Assembly (NCBI GenBank): GCA_964252035.1
Contig: OZ176207.1
Reading direction: 5' to 3' (one strand)
Length of the DNA stretch: 64,000 nt
DNA from: Podarcis erhardii
Taxonomy: Eukaryota
Below, piece after piece: positions 1 to 13,802 of this stretch (its first letter is position 1; each line of letters begins with the position of its first letter). The position numbers and the translations under genes were made by a program. Under the pieces are notes generated by a model. It ran no database searches, was not told the DNA's origin, and saw nothing but the letters and a program-made list of their open reading frames with translations.

Positions 1-68
1 TTTCTCTACTGCTATTATTTCAATGTTACAAAGTTGCTGCTTGTTATCTGTTGTGTTAATAGCTCGTA

Positions 69-254
69 CAATGAAACCTTGGTTTTTGAACGTAATCTGT
101 TCGAAAACTGAGGATCAAAGCGCTGTCAGCAAGCTCAATAGGGAAAATTGAGAAACACGCCTTGGAAACCCTAGGCGCGTTCGAGAACGGAAGCATTCAC
201 TTCCGGGTTTTGGGTGTTTGGCAGCCAAGACATTCAAAAACTGAGGTTTGACTG
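69..254. mobile_element. Tigger/pogo-type MITE (degenerate)
   Basis: Left caatgaaaccttggtttttgaa vs right-end reverse complement cagtcaaacctcagtttttgaa; TA on both flanks. Confidence 0.7.
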
Positions 255-422
255 TAATCTTATTACCTTAATGTTTTAGCAAGTGTTTTGTAAACCACAT
301 TGGGAGGGTGAACATTCTGAATGGCAGGATAAAAATATATAAACCTATTAAATAAGTAAAAATTTAACAAGATATGAACCAGCAACTTTCGTGCTTAAAA
401 GTTCTTTCCCTTAATTGCTGTA

Positions 423-679
423 CAGTGGTACCTCGGGTTACATACGCTTCAGGTTACATACGCTTCAGGTTACAGACTCCGTTAACCCAGAAATAGTGCT
501 TCAGGTTAAGAATTTTGCTTCAGGATGAGAACAGAAATTGTGCTCCGGCGGCGCAGCAGCAGCAGCAGCAGCAGGAGGAGGAGGCCCCATTAGCTAAAGT
601 GGTGCTTGAAGTTAAAAACAGTTTCAGGTTAAGTACGGACCTCCGGAACGAATTAAGTACTTAACCCGAGGTACCACTG
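423..679. mobile_element. Tigger-like MITE
   Basis: TIR CAGTGGTACCTCGGGTTA / TAACCCGAGGTACCACTG with TA TSD (421-422 and 680-681). Confidence 0.92.
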
Positions 680-684
680 TACTG

Positions 685-810
685 CAAGTTTGGGTCTGTA
701 GTTGTTTTTGGACTACAACATGCACCATCCCTAGCTAGCAGGTCCAGTGCTCAGGGATGATGGGAATTGTAGTCCAAAAACAGCTGCAGATCCAAATTCT
801 GGAAACTCTG
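685..810. mobile_element. Palindromic hAT MITE (same family as 52796-52931)
   Basis: Arms tttttggactacaa...ttgtagtccaaaaa. TSD CTGTACTG at 811-818; the left TSD copy is split by the Tigger MITE. Left TIR partly deleted. Confidence 0.8.
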
Positions 811-1784
811 CTGTACTGCATAAATATTCAGGCTCAGTGGCTTTCCCTTCACTAGAATTGTTGGTAGGTACCCTTTTCACGCAGCCTCCCAGGGAATAGA
901 TACCAGGAAGAAGCTAGTCATACATAAATGGTCATGCAATCACACTTCATAGAATTACTTGTTTATTGCACCTGAAAGTCTTTGAAAAGAATGAACACAC
1001 ATCACTTAAAGAAGCTAAGAGAATGACGATGACACCCAAAGTGCATCACTGTAAAGCCTAATAGTTGTTAATCAATGTGAAACTACAAAAGGGAGTGTCT
1101 GAATCAATATAAACAAACTAAAAACTGTTCCTCCTGCCAAACCAAAAGTAACTACCGGTAGCTCACTGTATCTTCAATTATTTTAAATATATGCAAAATA
1201 CTCTCACTGCTCTCCTCTGAATGCCTTCCAAGTTGTTTGCATCTTTCAAGATCTGGCTCTCCAGATTTAGCAACATTAAATATTCAGTGGAGAAGGCTCA
1301 AGCAAAGGCTTTATAATACCATATAGAGAGAATCGCTGCTGTTGTTGGATTTCTGTAATCATGCGAAGAAACATCAAAATTGAATTTTATATGTTTACAT
1401 ATACATACCATAGCCTGTGCAGAGATTACTAAACCTCTTTGCCCCCGCAAGCACTCTGCAAGGAGGCATAGGGCAAAGCCAGTTAGCCTGGAAACCTGAC
1501 TGTGAAGGAGGAGATGGCAGGAATCACTGTGGCTGTCTTGTAACTATTCCTTCCTGACAGCAGAGAATGAGAGAGAGAGGGATCCAAGCTGGTCCCATTT
1601 ACTCTTTCATACTGATGAAACCACACCGGTGCTTGACATAACGATACTAATGATTATAAATGCTTTTTTAAAAGCATTTTTTCTTGGAAGCCATCATAAT
1701 GCAGCATCTGTGTATTTCAAAGATAAACCTAATATTGCATATATTTGGAGATGCCCCAATTTTTCTACAATAAACCATTATGAT

Positions 1785-2214
1785 CTAGTTTACATGTAGC
1801 ACTATGCCAAACTAGAGCTTATGGTGAATGAGCAAAATGTGAGAGTTCCCAGGTAGAAGATCACAGCTGCTTTGGTCCTCCTCTAGTCCTACTGTTGCTG
1901 CACTGCTTTGAGCTATGCCATGATCTGGCTTAGTGTTACACCTGAACCTGGGCTTGTTGCTAATCCTGTCCAAGACAAAGCACAAGAAGTAGCCAAGGTG
2001 TGTTCTGTGGCTTACCACTCATGGTTTATCTGGAGGAAACAAACCATGAGTCCAGGTTTGGGTGTAACACTATGCCAAACCATGGCTTAGCTCCTAACAG
2101 TGTGGCAGCACTTGGACTGGCGGAGCGAAGATGTTGTGATCTTTCTAGCAACCTGCACATTTGCCCGTTTGCACTAAACCATGGCTTGGCTTAGCATTAT
2201 GTGCAAACTGGGCC
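1785..2214. mobile_element. Degenerate palindromic MITE, possibly PIF/Harbinger-type
   Basis: Internal inverted repeat (about 1926-1952 vs about 2051-2077), repeated aaaccatggctt motifs, and an ...actgggcc end. Superfamily assignment is tentative. Confidence 0.4.
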
Positions 2215-3610
2215 TATGTGTAATTCTATCTGGCAGAAAACCTAAGTTTTCAAAGCTGAAAGCAAAGGATTTTAAGCTGAACTCTGTTTATCCGTTGAAA
2301 AATTCCTATTGGCGTCTTGTTTCTGCTCAAGAACCAAATGGCATTTTTTGTATTTTACTGAGGGTCTAATGAGAGCTGCTTTTGTAATCAGTGGCTCCAA
2401 GCAGTTAGTAGATGTAGGTGCAGTACAAAGAGTTTTGTATTTGAGTCCCTGCTTAACCGTACAATGTTATTCTCTTGGTAACAGCTGTTTCCACTTCCCT
2501 TAAGTGTGGCAGGTGCAGGACAAAGGATTCAAATTCTCCCCACCTGCTGCCTCAAATTCTACTCAGGTAACTCACTAGAACTTATCTTTGTGTACCTGTC
2601 ACCACAACAGATGTTCAATGGGAAGGCAAGACAGCCACACCCACATATCTCTGGCTTAATCTTTGGCTTGTTTAGCCAATCTGACTAGAGTAACTGAGCA
2701 GTGCAAATGATAACATTTGCTATCAAAATACAGCCAATCTGTTTAGTCAAAATGCAACAAATGAAAAAAAGCTGTTGCTTTTTTCCATCATGCCTCTGTT
2801 GAAAAAAGTAAACCAGTGAAACAGTTTTCACTGCAAGACATTTGATTAAACAACCATATAAGTTGATATGCAGCTTCAACAATCCTTCACGAAAATATTG
2901 TGACTATTCTTTCTAGGGTCTCTCCAGATGACCTGTTTATTGAGCATTAATCCTGATTTGTCTGCACAAAGCTTACACAGAGATTAGATTGTATCTGGTC
3001 TTTACTGAGGATTCGTTGATTTGTTTGCAGGACAGTTATAATCTTCCTGCTAGTCATTTGTTCAACCCTCATCTTTCAATGCATTTCTCCGTCACTTTCC
3101 AAACCACAAAAAAATCTGATTCCTTTTAAAAGTGGATCTGTTGTGCCAGGATGACAGAGCTCTTTAATCCACTTTAATTGCACAAACTAAAGTTTTGGTA
3201 TGCTTCCTGCTAAATAGTGACAGTTCAAGTTAACGTTGTTAATAATATGTGAGAGTGTGCATTAGAAGATGCACTTTCACCAAGCTGCTGCCTTATATAG
3301 TCAGAGCATTGGCTCATCTCACTCAGTCTACAGTGACTGGCAACAGCTCTCCAGTGTTTCCAAAATTTACACCGATAACTGCTTTAACAGACGGAAGAAA
3401 CACACACTTAAAAAAAGAGTGTTTCCAATTTCATTTTAATTTTTAAATTAACAGATAATGCAAGAAAAACCTCATTTTCTCCTAATTGAATGCTGTGTGT
3501 TCATAGTTATTGCAAACAAGACAGTTAACTAGTATTAAATAATAGAGAATGCCTACACATATATTAGAGACTATCATGTGTAAAAAAAAATAACCTTACT
3601 AACCACTGAA

Positions 3611-3660
<50 letters not shown>

Positions 3661-3689
3661 CCTACCTACCTACCTACCTACCTACCTAC
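3611..3689. repeat. Compound (TATC)n(TACC)n microsatellite
   Basis: Direct reading. Confidence 0.98.
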
Positions 3690-6346
3690 AAAACTGCCCA
3701 GGGGTGGGGGAGAGTACACGGAGAAATCTTAATTAGCATGATTTACATAATTTCAAATAACGGAAGCTCAACTCATGACAGTGCATTCTAAGGAAGCTAA
3801 ATGCAGCATTATTGCTTTTTCAGTGAGATGAAAACTGCAGATATCTCATTAGTTCCTATGCATCCAGTTGCAGCCAAAGATAATATGGAAGCCGTGGGTA
3901 ACACCTGCCCTGCTGTACACGACAATATTAAAGAGAGGTTGATGAGTTGAGGAATTTGCTAGAATTGTACATTTTTAAAAACCAGGTGATAGCTGAGAGC
4001 TCGGTAAGAAGGCACATGTATTGAATGCAGAAGGTACCAGGTTCAATCTCTGGCACCTTCAAATAAATGACCTCATGCCTTCTGGACTGGTTTGCTGGAA
4101 TCCGCCATAAGTGTATGCAACTTTCCTACACATATGCCATATCCACACCATACATTTGGAGCACTCTTAGAACACTTTTAACAGCCATGGCTTTCCCCAA
4201 AGAATCCTGGGAACTGTAGCTTGTTAAAGGTGCTGAGCATGGTTAGAGGATCCTTCACAGAACTACAAATCCCTACACCATGGCTTGGCTTCAAAGGTTG
4301 TCCCCTCAAATGGAGGAGGCCAGCTTGAGGAAGGCCCTGGTGCTGGGAAAGTCATTTTCTATTTCTATAGGAAACAGGGTCTTCCCAATGACTTTGGAGA
4401 TGGGAGGCGCTCTAGGAGGGCTCCCAAATAGTGGCAGCCCAGCAGTAAAAACAGAACAGAGAAGAAAAGATGGCAATGAAACAGCTCACAATGAATCCTG
4501 CTAATTCCCCTGGCTCACTCTATCCCCTTGTGCTATAAACCACAATGTTCTAGAGTGTCCCTTAACCCCCAAGAGAAGCTTTTGACGGAGTACAAGGGAC
4601 TGCAGTGGGAAGAATGACCAGAAAGGGGTCATTGTGTGAGTAGAGTTCCATCCATGCTCTGCTGGAGCCAGGGAAAAGGTCACCCAGTGAAATTCATGGC
4701 TGAGCAGGGATATAAACTCATGTCTACCACACAGGCTCATGTTACATGACTTTCACCCTGAACCTAACTCGTGAACAGTGCATATTACACCATTAGAAAA
4801 GTGGGGCACTATGATACTGAATTATATTTGAACCATGAAACAGAAATATCTTAGCAACAGAGTTAAAAGGTGCAAATGGTGGTGCAGGGGGAGCCCAAAG
4901 CCTCCTATAAACTGTGACAGGTGATTTTTTTTATTTATGAAATTTATACCCTGCCTTTCTGCATATGACCTCCAAGGCAGCTTACAACAGGATTAAAGCG
5001 ATACAACTCTCCTTGCCAAAAAATAAACTAAAATTTTTTACCACATTTTACCTTTCAGTAGTAATTCTTTAAGGAAATGTCACAGAGATCATTTTCTACA
5101 CACATACAGCATACACCTCTGAAATGCTCAAATGTGCTCAAGGTGTCAGAGGAAGACAAGTTAACAGTTTCTGAATAGCACTGCTGCCCTCTTCTGGGCT
5201 GAAAGTTGCCCATCCCCCATGCTTTTAACTAATTCTACCATTAAGTCCTGGAGTTCCCTACTAAACCACATAAGGAAATACATTCAAAATTACTGAAGAA
5301 AGCAAAATTTTGTGGAAACGTGTGTGGGCTATTAAAAAAAGATTGTTAAGAGCTCTAACACATGAGTAGTGAAAGACCTTACTGAATAATAGCAATTGTT
5401 ACCAAAACACTGATAAATATGGGCAGTGGGAGTGTTGTGCAGATGAAACTATCAAGGAAACATCTGGAATAAATCGGAAAAGTCTCTAAAGGAAATGTCT
5501 CGAAGAACACCTCCCCCTGCCTTTCCCCTTGCCAAACTTACAGGCTGCTTTAGGAAAAGAATGCCAACAGACTGCAATCCAAATCTTTCATAAATATTTG
5601 AGATTATAATTTCACAAATATTTCACACTTAGAAATAAGATGCCTGCATATTTTTATGTTATCAAATGACCTAGCAAAGAACTATGATTCAAGGAGGAGG
5701 AGGAGGAGGAGGAGGATGAAAAGAGGCTAACACAAAATCAATCCTCCCTTCGTCTCGCAGAGCCACCAACAGTTCATTACGAAATCCCAAAATAAAACCC
5801 TTAACACAAGTTCATGTACTGTTCAAGGGCTCAGGCAATTCAGTGCGTGGTGTTTTCATGACGTATTGATCATTCTCTTCCCTCTCCCACACACATCTTG
5901 CTTCCCACTGATTTGGCAAGCGTATCTTAACCTTTTACCAATGGAAATGAAGGCTTCTTAAGACATGCATCTTAAGAAGGATCTTTCTTCGGAACAAGTA
6001 CATTTTTGTAGTTAGGATTGCTCTTTGGTATTAAATAGAGATGTGAAGGCCAAGAAAAAAGGTCTCCACCGCAAGGCCTGGAATTAATGGAGGAGGAGGA
6101 AATACTGGAAAGCTTGGAAGAAATTTTTTAAAACCATTAAATGGTTTTGGGGTTGTTGTTGTTGGGTTGTTTGTTTTTGTTTGTTTTTTTGGAGTAAGGG
6201 GAAAATGTAAACACTTTAAAAAGCGGTTATAAAAAATAAGATTGTTACGGTCCATTCATGCTGGTGTAAACCTCTTCTGTTCAAGCATTGATTGCACTCA
6301 CTGGCGAAACGTGGCGTCTCAAATTTCGAGACGACTCTTAACGACT

Positions 6347-6649
6347 GCCATCAAATGCCAACAGTGTCCTTCAGCTCTCTATATTGGACAAACAGGCCAA
6401 ACTTTATGCCAAAGAATAAACGGACATAAATCTGACATCAGGAATCACAAGACAGAGAAACCAGTAGGAGAACACTTCAATCTCCCAGGACACTCTATAC
6501 AAGATCTCAAAGTAGCTGTTCTATTACAAAGGAATTTCAGAAATAGACTGGAAAGAGAAGCTGCTGAATTGCAACTTATTACCAAACTTAAAACCATGGA
6601 GAGACCTGGTCTTAACAAAGACATTGGATTCTTATCTCATTATACATGA
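6347..6649 (+). pseudogene. Penelope GIY-YIG endonuclease fragment (open frame, truncated)
   Basis: PLE-derived part of ORF-track entry 6242..6649; xIK-C-x2-C and LYIGQT motifs. The ORF sequence upstream of 6347 is not PLE-like. Confidence 0.88.
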
Positions 6650-6829
6650 CAAAGCCATTTTTCACCTTCTCACCCCTTGCTTTTTCCTGTAAGACCTATT
6701 GCAGTCGTTAAGAGTCGTCAACAGGCTCATCACAGCTATCTGCCAATCACCCATTCCCACCACCCTTCTGAGTAATACCCCTCCCCACCTTCTCTCTATA
6801 TAGAAGGGTCTGGTGACTTCTGTTTCAGT

Positions 6830-6867
6830 GTATCTGAAGAAGTGTGCATGCACACAAAAGCTCATAC
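6830..6867 (+). ncRNA. Minimal type I hammerhead ribozyme motif, probably inactive (G12A)
   Basis: GTAT-CTGAAGA-A-GTGTGCATGCACAC-AAAA-GCTC-ATAC. Identical to the 42296-42333 motif except that GAAA is AAAA. Confidence 0.7.
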
Positions 6868-7207
6868 CAAGAACTAACTTAGTTGGTCTTTAAGGTGCTA
6901 CTGGAAGGAATTTTTTTATTTTGTTTTGACTATGGCAGACCAACACGGCTACCTATCTGTAAAGGAGGAATAGCATAACTTGCCTCAAGGATTGAAATTT
7001 TAGAGCAGTGACTGGGAATCTGCAGCCCTCCAGGTACTGCTAGAGTACAATTCCCATAAGTCCCTGTTAGCATGGCCAGTTGTCAGGAATAATGGGGAGT
7101 AGTCCAGCAACATCTGGAGGGCACCAGGATACTCATGCTTGTTTGAGCAGCTACACACGTGGCAAGATACTTGGGGATGCAACAACAGCCTTATAGATGT
7201 GTCTCTA

Positions 7208-7210
<3 letters not shown>

Positions 7211-7251
<41 letters not shown>
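7211..7251. repeat. (CT)n microsatellite
   Basis: Direct reading. Confidence 0.98.
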
Positions 7252-7254
<3 letters not shown>

Positions 7255-8044
7255 TTGTTTTCTTCTATGTTGCATGATTTTCTTGTGTTTACGATTTTGT
7301 GTCTGGAAAATCTCTTAAAATTAGGTATGTAAAAGAAGTGAATAATTCAAAGTGAGTAGGTAAATAAACAAAATTAGACAAAAGATGTTAAATGTTACTA
7401 TCTAATTTACAGTATAGGAGCCACATTCATTTTATAGAAATGCCTTCTGATTCTGCCTATTTTGGGGGAAAGCCCTTTTAAAAAAAGACCATTTATCTTC
7501 AGATTCAATACATACACAGGTGAGTCATACTAAGTTATGTTGTGAAGGAAAATGGGAGATGAGTAGAAGTGAAGAGAAAGCAGTTTAAGGTTATTTATTT
7601 AATAGATTTTTATTCCACTTTCTAAGATAATCTCTCCACAAAGCAGCAAACACAGGATATTGTAACAATACAAAACCCAGTTTAGAACTCCCACCCCCAA
7701 AACCCCCCAACTTTAAAATTAGCCAGCACACAAAAACAACAGTCTGCCCAGCACAGTCTTAAAAGGACAATATAAACCTAATAAAACTGTCTCACCGTGG
7801 AAGCAGCTGACTTAAAACTAGGGCCACTGACAGGTAGTGGTGGGATCAAGCATATTGCCATTCTGGGCTCAGAGCCAGACCCTTGAGCATTTTTAAAGAA
7901 GGCAGCTTACAGCCTCTTTAGAAAGAAAGTTATCAAGCAATATGTAAAAGCACTATTGAAAGCTGTTGCTTTCTGAGATGCGAGCTTGCTTCTAATCTTT
8001 CACCTGATGAGTGATGTTGGAGCTGATTGATACGTACTAGAGAT

Positions 8045-8393
8045 GGACGCAGGTGGCGCTGTGGGTTAAACCACAGAGCCTAGGACTTGCCGATCAGAAG
8101 GTCGGCAGTTCGAATCCCCGTGACGGGGTGAGCTCCCATTGCTCGGTCTCAGCTCCTGCCAACCTAGCAGTTCAAAAGCACGTCAAAGTGCAAGTAGATA
8201 AATAGGTACCGCTCCGGTGGGAAGGTAAATGGCATTTCCGTGTGCTGCTCTGGTTCGCCAGAAGCGGCTTAGTCATGCTGGCCATATGACTCGGAAGCTG
8301 TACGCCGACTCCCTCGGCCAATAAAGCGAGATGAGCGCCGCAACCCCAGAGTCGGTCACGACTGGACCTAATGGTCAGGGATGACTTTACCTT
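8045..8393 (+). mobile_element. Sauria SINE, full length
   Basis: tRNA-like head (ggtggcgctgtgggttaaacc...gttcgaatcc), typical body and tttaccttt tail; TSD TAGAGAT (8038-8044 and 8394-8400). Confidence 0.92.
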
Positions 8394-11300
8394 TAGAGAT
8401 AACGTTAAATTTATACAAGCCCAAGAGGAGATGGTTTCAGTTACAAGCCATTTTTCAGTCTTCTTTGGTATTTCTATCACTTCATATTTTACCTCTAGAT
8501 TCAAACCAGAAGTGGCTTGCTGGTTGGGACAGAGCTGCTTCCTGGCAGGAAGAGGAGGTAACAGGTGGTGCAGAGGTCAGTCCAGTGCTCCTGTCAGTAT
8601 GTTTGCTCCACAACAACTCCCCTGCTGCCTTTCCTTCCTGGTAAGCAATGCTTACCAGTAAATTATTTTTAAAACCATTTGCAACCCGTGCTATGGTTAC
8701 AACAATATGCTTTAAAAAATCTGTTGAAAATGTTGTAGTTGACCCAGACATAAACCTGAGACTTTTAGAAGTGTTAAGAGTGCAGCTGTTGAAAGTAACA
8801 ACATTTTTGGCAGGAAGTGTCTCTACAAAGGCAAATGTGCAGCACATTATCTTGAATAAAGCATTTACAAGAGTTGTTTGATCCAGTGTTTCAGGGCTGT
8901 GCCTTTAAAAGTTAAACAGAAAGGAAATTTCTACCAGTTGCAGTTTTTCGACAATGCTGGGGAATAACATACATAGTGAAATTCTCATTTTTATGCAACC
9001 CTTAAAGGTACAGGAAAACCCCTCTGGATCTAGATCTGGCAGCCCTAGCTGTTCTCACAGCCTCGATTAAGCACTGAAGTGCTATTCTAAGACAATTTGG
9101 ATTAGGCCTAGGAAACAGGAATTAATGAGAAAATAGCAGATGGTATTGCAGTACCTCTTACTTCATCTATGCAACCTTGAGCAGTTTCTATACACGTGAA
9201 AGCTCAAGGGCCCCACCTGGTAACAGGATAATGATCCTAAATGTGCACTTATACTCCATTACTATGCACAGTGATTAGAAGCATCACTCCTTTTTATTTC
9301 CATGCACCTCTACATTTCTCCAGCATTTAACTGTGACAACATGACACACTCTCTGCTTCTAAAACAAGGCACATGCTAGAGAAGAAAAACGACAACAGCA
9401 GGCAAATTATTTGTCACTCGAAAAGGTGCCAAGTGAGCTTAATAAAGGTGACATCATCCTCTTTTTGCCAATGACAATGGGCCTAACAAGAGTATATAAT
9501 CAACAAACCACATAGCCAGACTAGCAGTGGCAGGTGCAATCCCCCTTTTTTCTAGAAGTAAGTCAACATTCGCTTCCAGCACAAAACTATTCCTTTTATT
9601 ACAATGTTAAGCAGAAGTTGGCTTCCAGAAGGCACTGCAGCTGCTGCTGCCACTTCTGCAGATGCTTTCATTAATTTTATCAAGGACATACTGAAATAAG
9701 TGCTTATTCAGCACAATGGCTGCTTGGAAGCAGCTGGAGGCATAAAACAAACTATTTTGGAAGGAGCTACAACTAAACCCAACATGTAGATTAAAAGAAA
9801 TTAAAGGGTAAAAATTGAAATGTATTTAAGGATGTAACCCAAATCCAAGAAAAGCAAGAAAATTCAAGGTTACAGCAAAAATGTTTTCTGCCAGAAGAGT
9901 GCTCAGGGGTGGGAGTGGGCTTCCCTCTTTTTCTTGCTAAACCTAAACCTAGTTCATTATCATGCAAAAGAATACGGTACTGTCATTAAGTTCTGCATGC
10001 ATTGAGATTGTTCTCAGACAATAGTGTCCCAATAGTTATAAATGTGCAATCACCAGCTGAGATACAGAGCCTCCTCTTAAAACCTTTGTTGCCTCCCCTG
10101 TCCAATTATTGCCACACTTTTGTTTTTGTTTTTCGACATGTTGCAAAATTTTGAACATTTTCTCCAACTGTATCACTTCCACAGAGTATTTTGCAAGGCA
10201 AACTCTGTTTGTAGAACACACACATTTTATTCATCCTTATTCAACTCCCCCAAATAAGAACTCTCTAACACTAATACAACATTGCTCAACACCAGGCCTG
10301 AATTTGTCACTCCCCAATAAACCTTTAGGTTCTGTGGAATGAAGGGCAATCTGAAATTCCAATTTAAAAATAGTGTAAGTCTGCCTGATCTGTTTTGCAT
10401 CTCTTATCTGGAAGCAGGTTAAGTGACTTTTTGCACCGCCATGTTTTATTGCTGCTAGAATCATCTCCACATTCACATTGACCAAAACACCAAAAAGTGC
10501 AATATAGGAGCCAGTTAACTAAGGAATCTCTGCCACATCCACTTTTGAGGATGCAACTCCCTTACAGGCCTCAGCAAGCTGTGGTTTAGTGCTAAAAGCC
10601 ACAGGGACTGCCATGATGCAAGTAAAACAATAAAACTATGGGTGCACTTGCAGACTTGTCTCACAGATTCATACTGCTAGATTTTGGTTCAGAAAAATAC
10701 CCACCAGTTTAGTAGTAGTATTGCTTCTCTCCCCATTAGTATTGCTCCTCCCTCCGAAATTGCTTCTCTCCCCATTATGTTGAGCAACACCCTACAGTCA
10801 GCTGTGCAATACCACTGGATGCAACCCAAATATTTTAGAAAGTATGCATTTCCACCTCCCTCCATTAGTTAATCCAGTGAAAACAGATTTGTGGCTTGAA
10901 TTAGAATAAGGGTAGGTGAATGTCAAAAAGTTCAAGATCCTACGCACATATGTTTGAGGTGCCTGTTCCTATTCCTATTGGCCCTTGTGATCTGCTAAAC
11001 CTTAACATTGGGGAAGAGAAGCTAAATACAGCTATCTATAGAATGGTATAAAATGGCTACATGAGATCCAGTCTACAGTCTCTGAAGCTATCTTCCCACC
11101 CGCACCCCAGTTCATGTGATATTTGATGGATATATTAGCATTTGAGCATTATTTTTGATCTTTATTTTTAATAGTTCCTTCCTAGAACAGCTGCCTGGGA
11201 TGCCAATCTCTTTTTCCTCAGTCTTTTGTAAATATTTGAAATAGCTATTCATTAACAGTTGCACATTTATTCAGCACTGTTGTTCTGCTTGTGAACTGGA

Positions 11301-11978
11301 ATTAGCTTTGATTCTGCCCCCCTCCCCCTCCCAGCTTTGGCTGAGCTGGAGAAAGCCTGCTGCTTAGGTTCAATCTGTCAAGATTCAAATTATGCTCCAG
11401 CTGAGACCTAATCAAAGGCGTCTGACCCGGTTTGCAAATAAACCAGAAACAAGAGTGGGTTTATTTATTTTTTTCTCCTTTGGGGCACTTGGTCTGCAAA
11501 TGAAAGCAAAGCAAAAACAGATTACAAATACAACTTAAATTAAAAGCAGCACAACTTGTACTTTTATACGAACTAAATCCCTCTTTTGGCAATGCTGGAG
11601 CACCCCACGAATGTGATATGGATCATAATCTTGTAAAGATCTGGTTTATACAAGACATATTGAAAATAAATATCTACACTTATTTTAACAAGTGTATGCC
11701 ATAAAAAGAAGCATAAACGTTCAGCAATCAAGCTTCATTGATACGTATATCAGTGTTTGCCAAATAAATGCATAAATGTAAAAACTCTCTAAAGGGCACA
11801 TGAAACAGATTTTATGTTTATGCCACATTCATCACACATCACTTTACATTTTTATTTTTATAATCTGATTGTGAAATTTATCTTTCATGCAGATTTTATA
11901 TCTAATCAATTTTACAAATTTAACTCTCCCCTTAAAACAGTTACAGATACTTCCTTAACCAAGAGTACTATTGACACA

Positions 11979-12019
<41 letters not shown>
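11979..12019. repeat. (TAT)n microsatellite
   Basis: Direct reading. Confidence 0.98.
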
Positions 12020-12023
<4 letters not shown>

Positions 12024-12559
12024 TTACTTATACCGCATCCATCTGGCTGGATTTAAATCCTGATTATCCTGCAACATCCATCACTATCCATTTCTACACT
12101 TTTTTGAATATGAAATAGCTTTACAATTGGTGCAAAAAAAGTAGAAATGCCCAATATTATGTGGAAGTTAAGCCATACATTATTACTGCCTCTAGGGTTG
12201 ACAAGTTCCAGGTCCTCAAATACTGGCAATGACTACAAAAGATCAGTTGTACCAATTATGCAAATCAGCTGTGCCAAATTAGCATACCCAGTGTGTACAG
12301 GTACTTTGTCACTGCTCCACCAGAACACCAGAGGCAGTGAGAGACAGGGCAATTGCTTTCTATCACAGGAGAGAAGAGCTGATCATCTCCTAGTGCCATG
12401 GGTATTATTCAAAGAAACAACACATACCAGAGCTGTGTCTTAGTTAGTGTCCCTGCTTCTTCTCCAAGCTACTTTTAACATCACAGGATGTGTGCTTTTG
12501 TGTGTGTGGCAACAAAGTTAATTTTCTTATCGGTCTTGAACTCTTCTATGACTAGATAC

Positions 12560-12560
<1 letters not shown>

Positions 12561-12606
<46 letters not shown>

Positions 12607-13014
12607 TTTTTATTTGTACCCCGCCCATCTGGCTAGGTTTCCCCAGCCACTCTGGGTGGCTTCCAACAAAGATGAAAGATACACTAAAATGTCACATATT
12701 AAAAACTTCCCTGAACAGGGCTGCCTTCAGATGTCTTCTGAATGTCAGGTAGATGTTTATCGCTTTGACATCTGATGGGAGGGCGTTCCACAGGGCGGAC
12801 GCCACTACCGAGAAGGCCCTCTGCCTGGTTCCCTGTAACTTGGCCTCTCGCAGTGAGGGAACCGCCAGAAGGCCCTCGGAGCTGGACCTCAGTGTCCGGG
12901 CAGCACGATGGGGGAGGAGATGCTCCTTCCGATATACTGGACCGAGGCCGTTTAGGGCTTTAAAGGTCAGCACCAACACTTTGAATTGTGCTCAGAAACG
13001 TACTGGGAGCCAAT
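12561..13014 (-). mobile_element. L2-clade LINE 3' end with (TAA)n tail
   Basis: Antisense ORF LVLTFKALNGLGP...RAFSVVASALWNALPSDVK...HLKAALF is the L2 ORF2 C-terminus, followed by the 3'UTR and a microsatellite tail at 12561-12606. Confidence 0.9.
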
Positions 13015-13548
13015 AAGAATGAATAAGAATTAAACATAAAAGTAGCTTGTCCAGTTAAGCAAAGGCTAGACTGTAAGGGATTGGGGGATGCCTGTATAGT
13101 ATCCTCATAAAAACATTTCTGTACTTGCAATCATATCTGTCACCTAAAAATATGCAATTATCCTTTCTCATTCAAATTACATGTAACAAATTGGTCTAGA
13201 ATCCAAGGTTCTATTGAGCCAGCTGAAATCATAGCTAATCAGAGACCACAGAAGCTACAGCGCTTTGAGCCACAGCTTACATTTTTGAGTGCCATGCTGC
13301 CACTGTTATCCATGCACAGCTAACATTGTGTTTATACCATATATGCTGTGCATGGAACAGTCTGTTTAGAAACTGCAGATAATGCAAAACGCAGCAGCAA
13401 GAATGTTAACTATGACTGGTTGTATGGAACATATTATGCTGGTCTTGGGACAGCTGAGTGGCAGCTGGTCAATTTCTGAGCACAATTCAAAGTAGGGTTT
13501 TAAAAATCCCCCCAAAACCTGAAGGACCGCCTTCTCCCAACATTAATA

Positions 13549-13802
13549 CAGAGGTTGGGGACCTTTTTCGGCTGTGGGCAACCTTCAGGGGTGACAGAAA
13601 AAGTTAGTGGAGTTCCGACTCGTATCCACTTCTCTGTCCTCTATCCAGGTCAGCTAGGCAAACACACTGAAGAAAGAAGTGAAGAAAGGCCTGCAGGAAC
13701 TGTGGCTGAGGAGAAGGTACAGCCTATGGACAATCACAAGGGCCAAATAATGAAGTATGGATGGCCACATTTGGCCAACAGGCCTGAAGTCTCCCACCCC
13801 TG
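13549..13802. mobile_element. hAT (Charlie-like) MITE, degenerate
   Basis: Ends cagaggttggggacc / gtctcccacccctg; no clear TSD. Confidence 0.5.

Larger units (their letters stand above)
6330..6962 (+). mobile_element. 5'-truncated Penelope-like element (GIY-YIG endonuclease C-terminus plus pseudo-LTR)
   Basis: From 6347 the ORF reads AIKCQQCPSALYIGQTGQ...HFNLPGHSIQDLKVAVL...REAAELQLITKLKT...GLN, a PLE GIY-YIG endonuclease. The 3' region matches the copy at 42200-42561. A 19-bp inverted copy of 6701-6719 sits at the 5' junction (6330-6348). Confidence 0.93.

Noticed and set aside
6285-6325. GGCGAAACGTGG resembling a hammerhead 3' half
   Set aside because: No upstream CTGANGA core.
8004-8040. 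CTGATGA hammerhead-like core
   Set aside because: No stem II followed by GAAA and no stem I partner.
8172-8881. Cluster of 77-121 aa ORFs
   Set aside because: Partly antisense Sauria SINE and partly chance intronic frames; no splice-compatible homology.
11814-13016. ORFs with poly-Tyr or poly-Ile runs
   Set aside because: Translations of (TAT)n/(TAA)n microsatellites and antisense L2 sequence.
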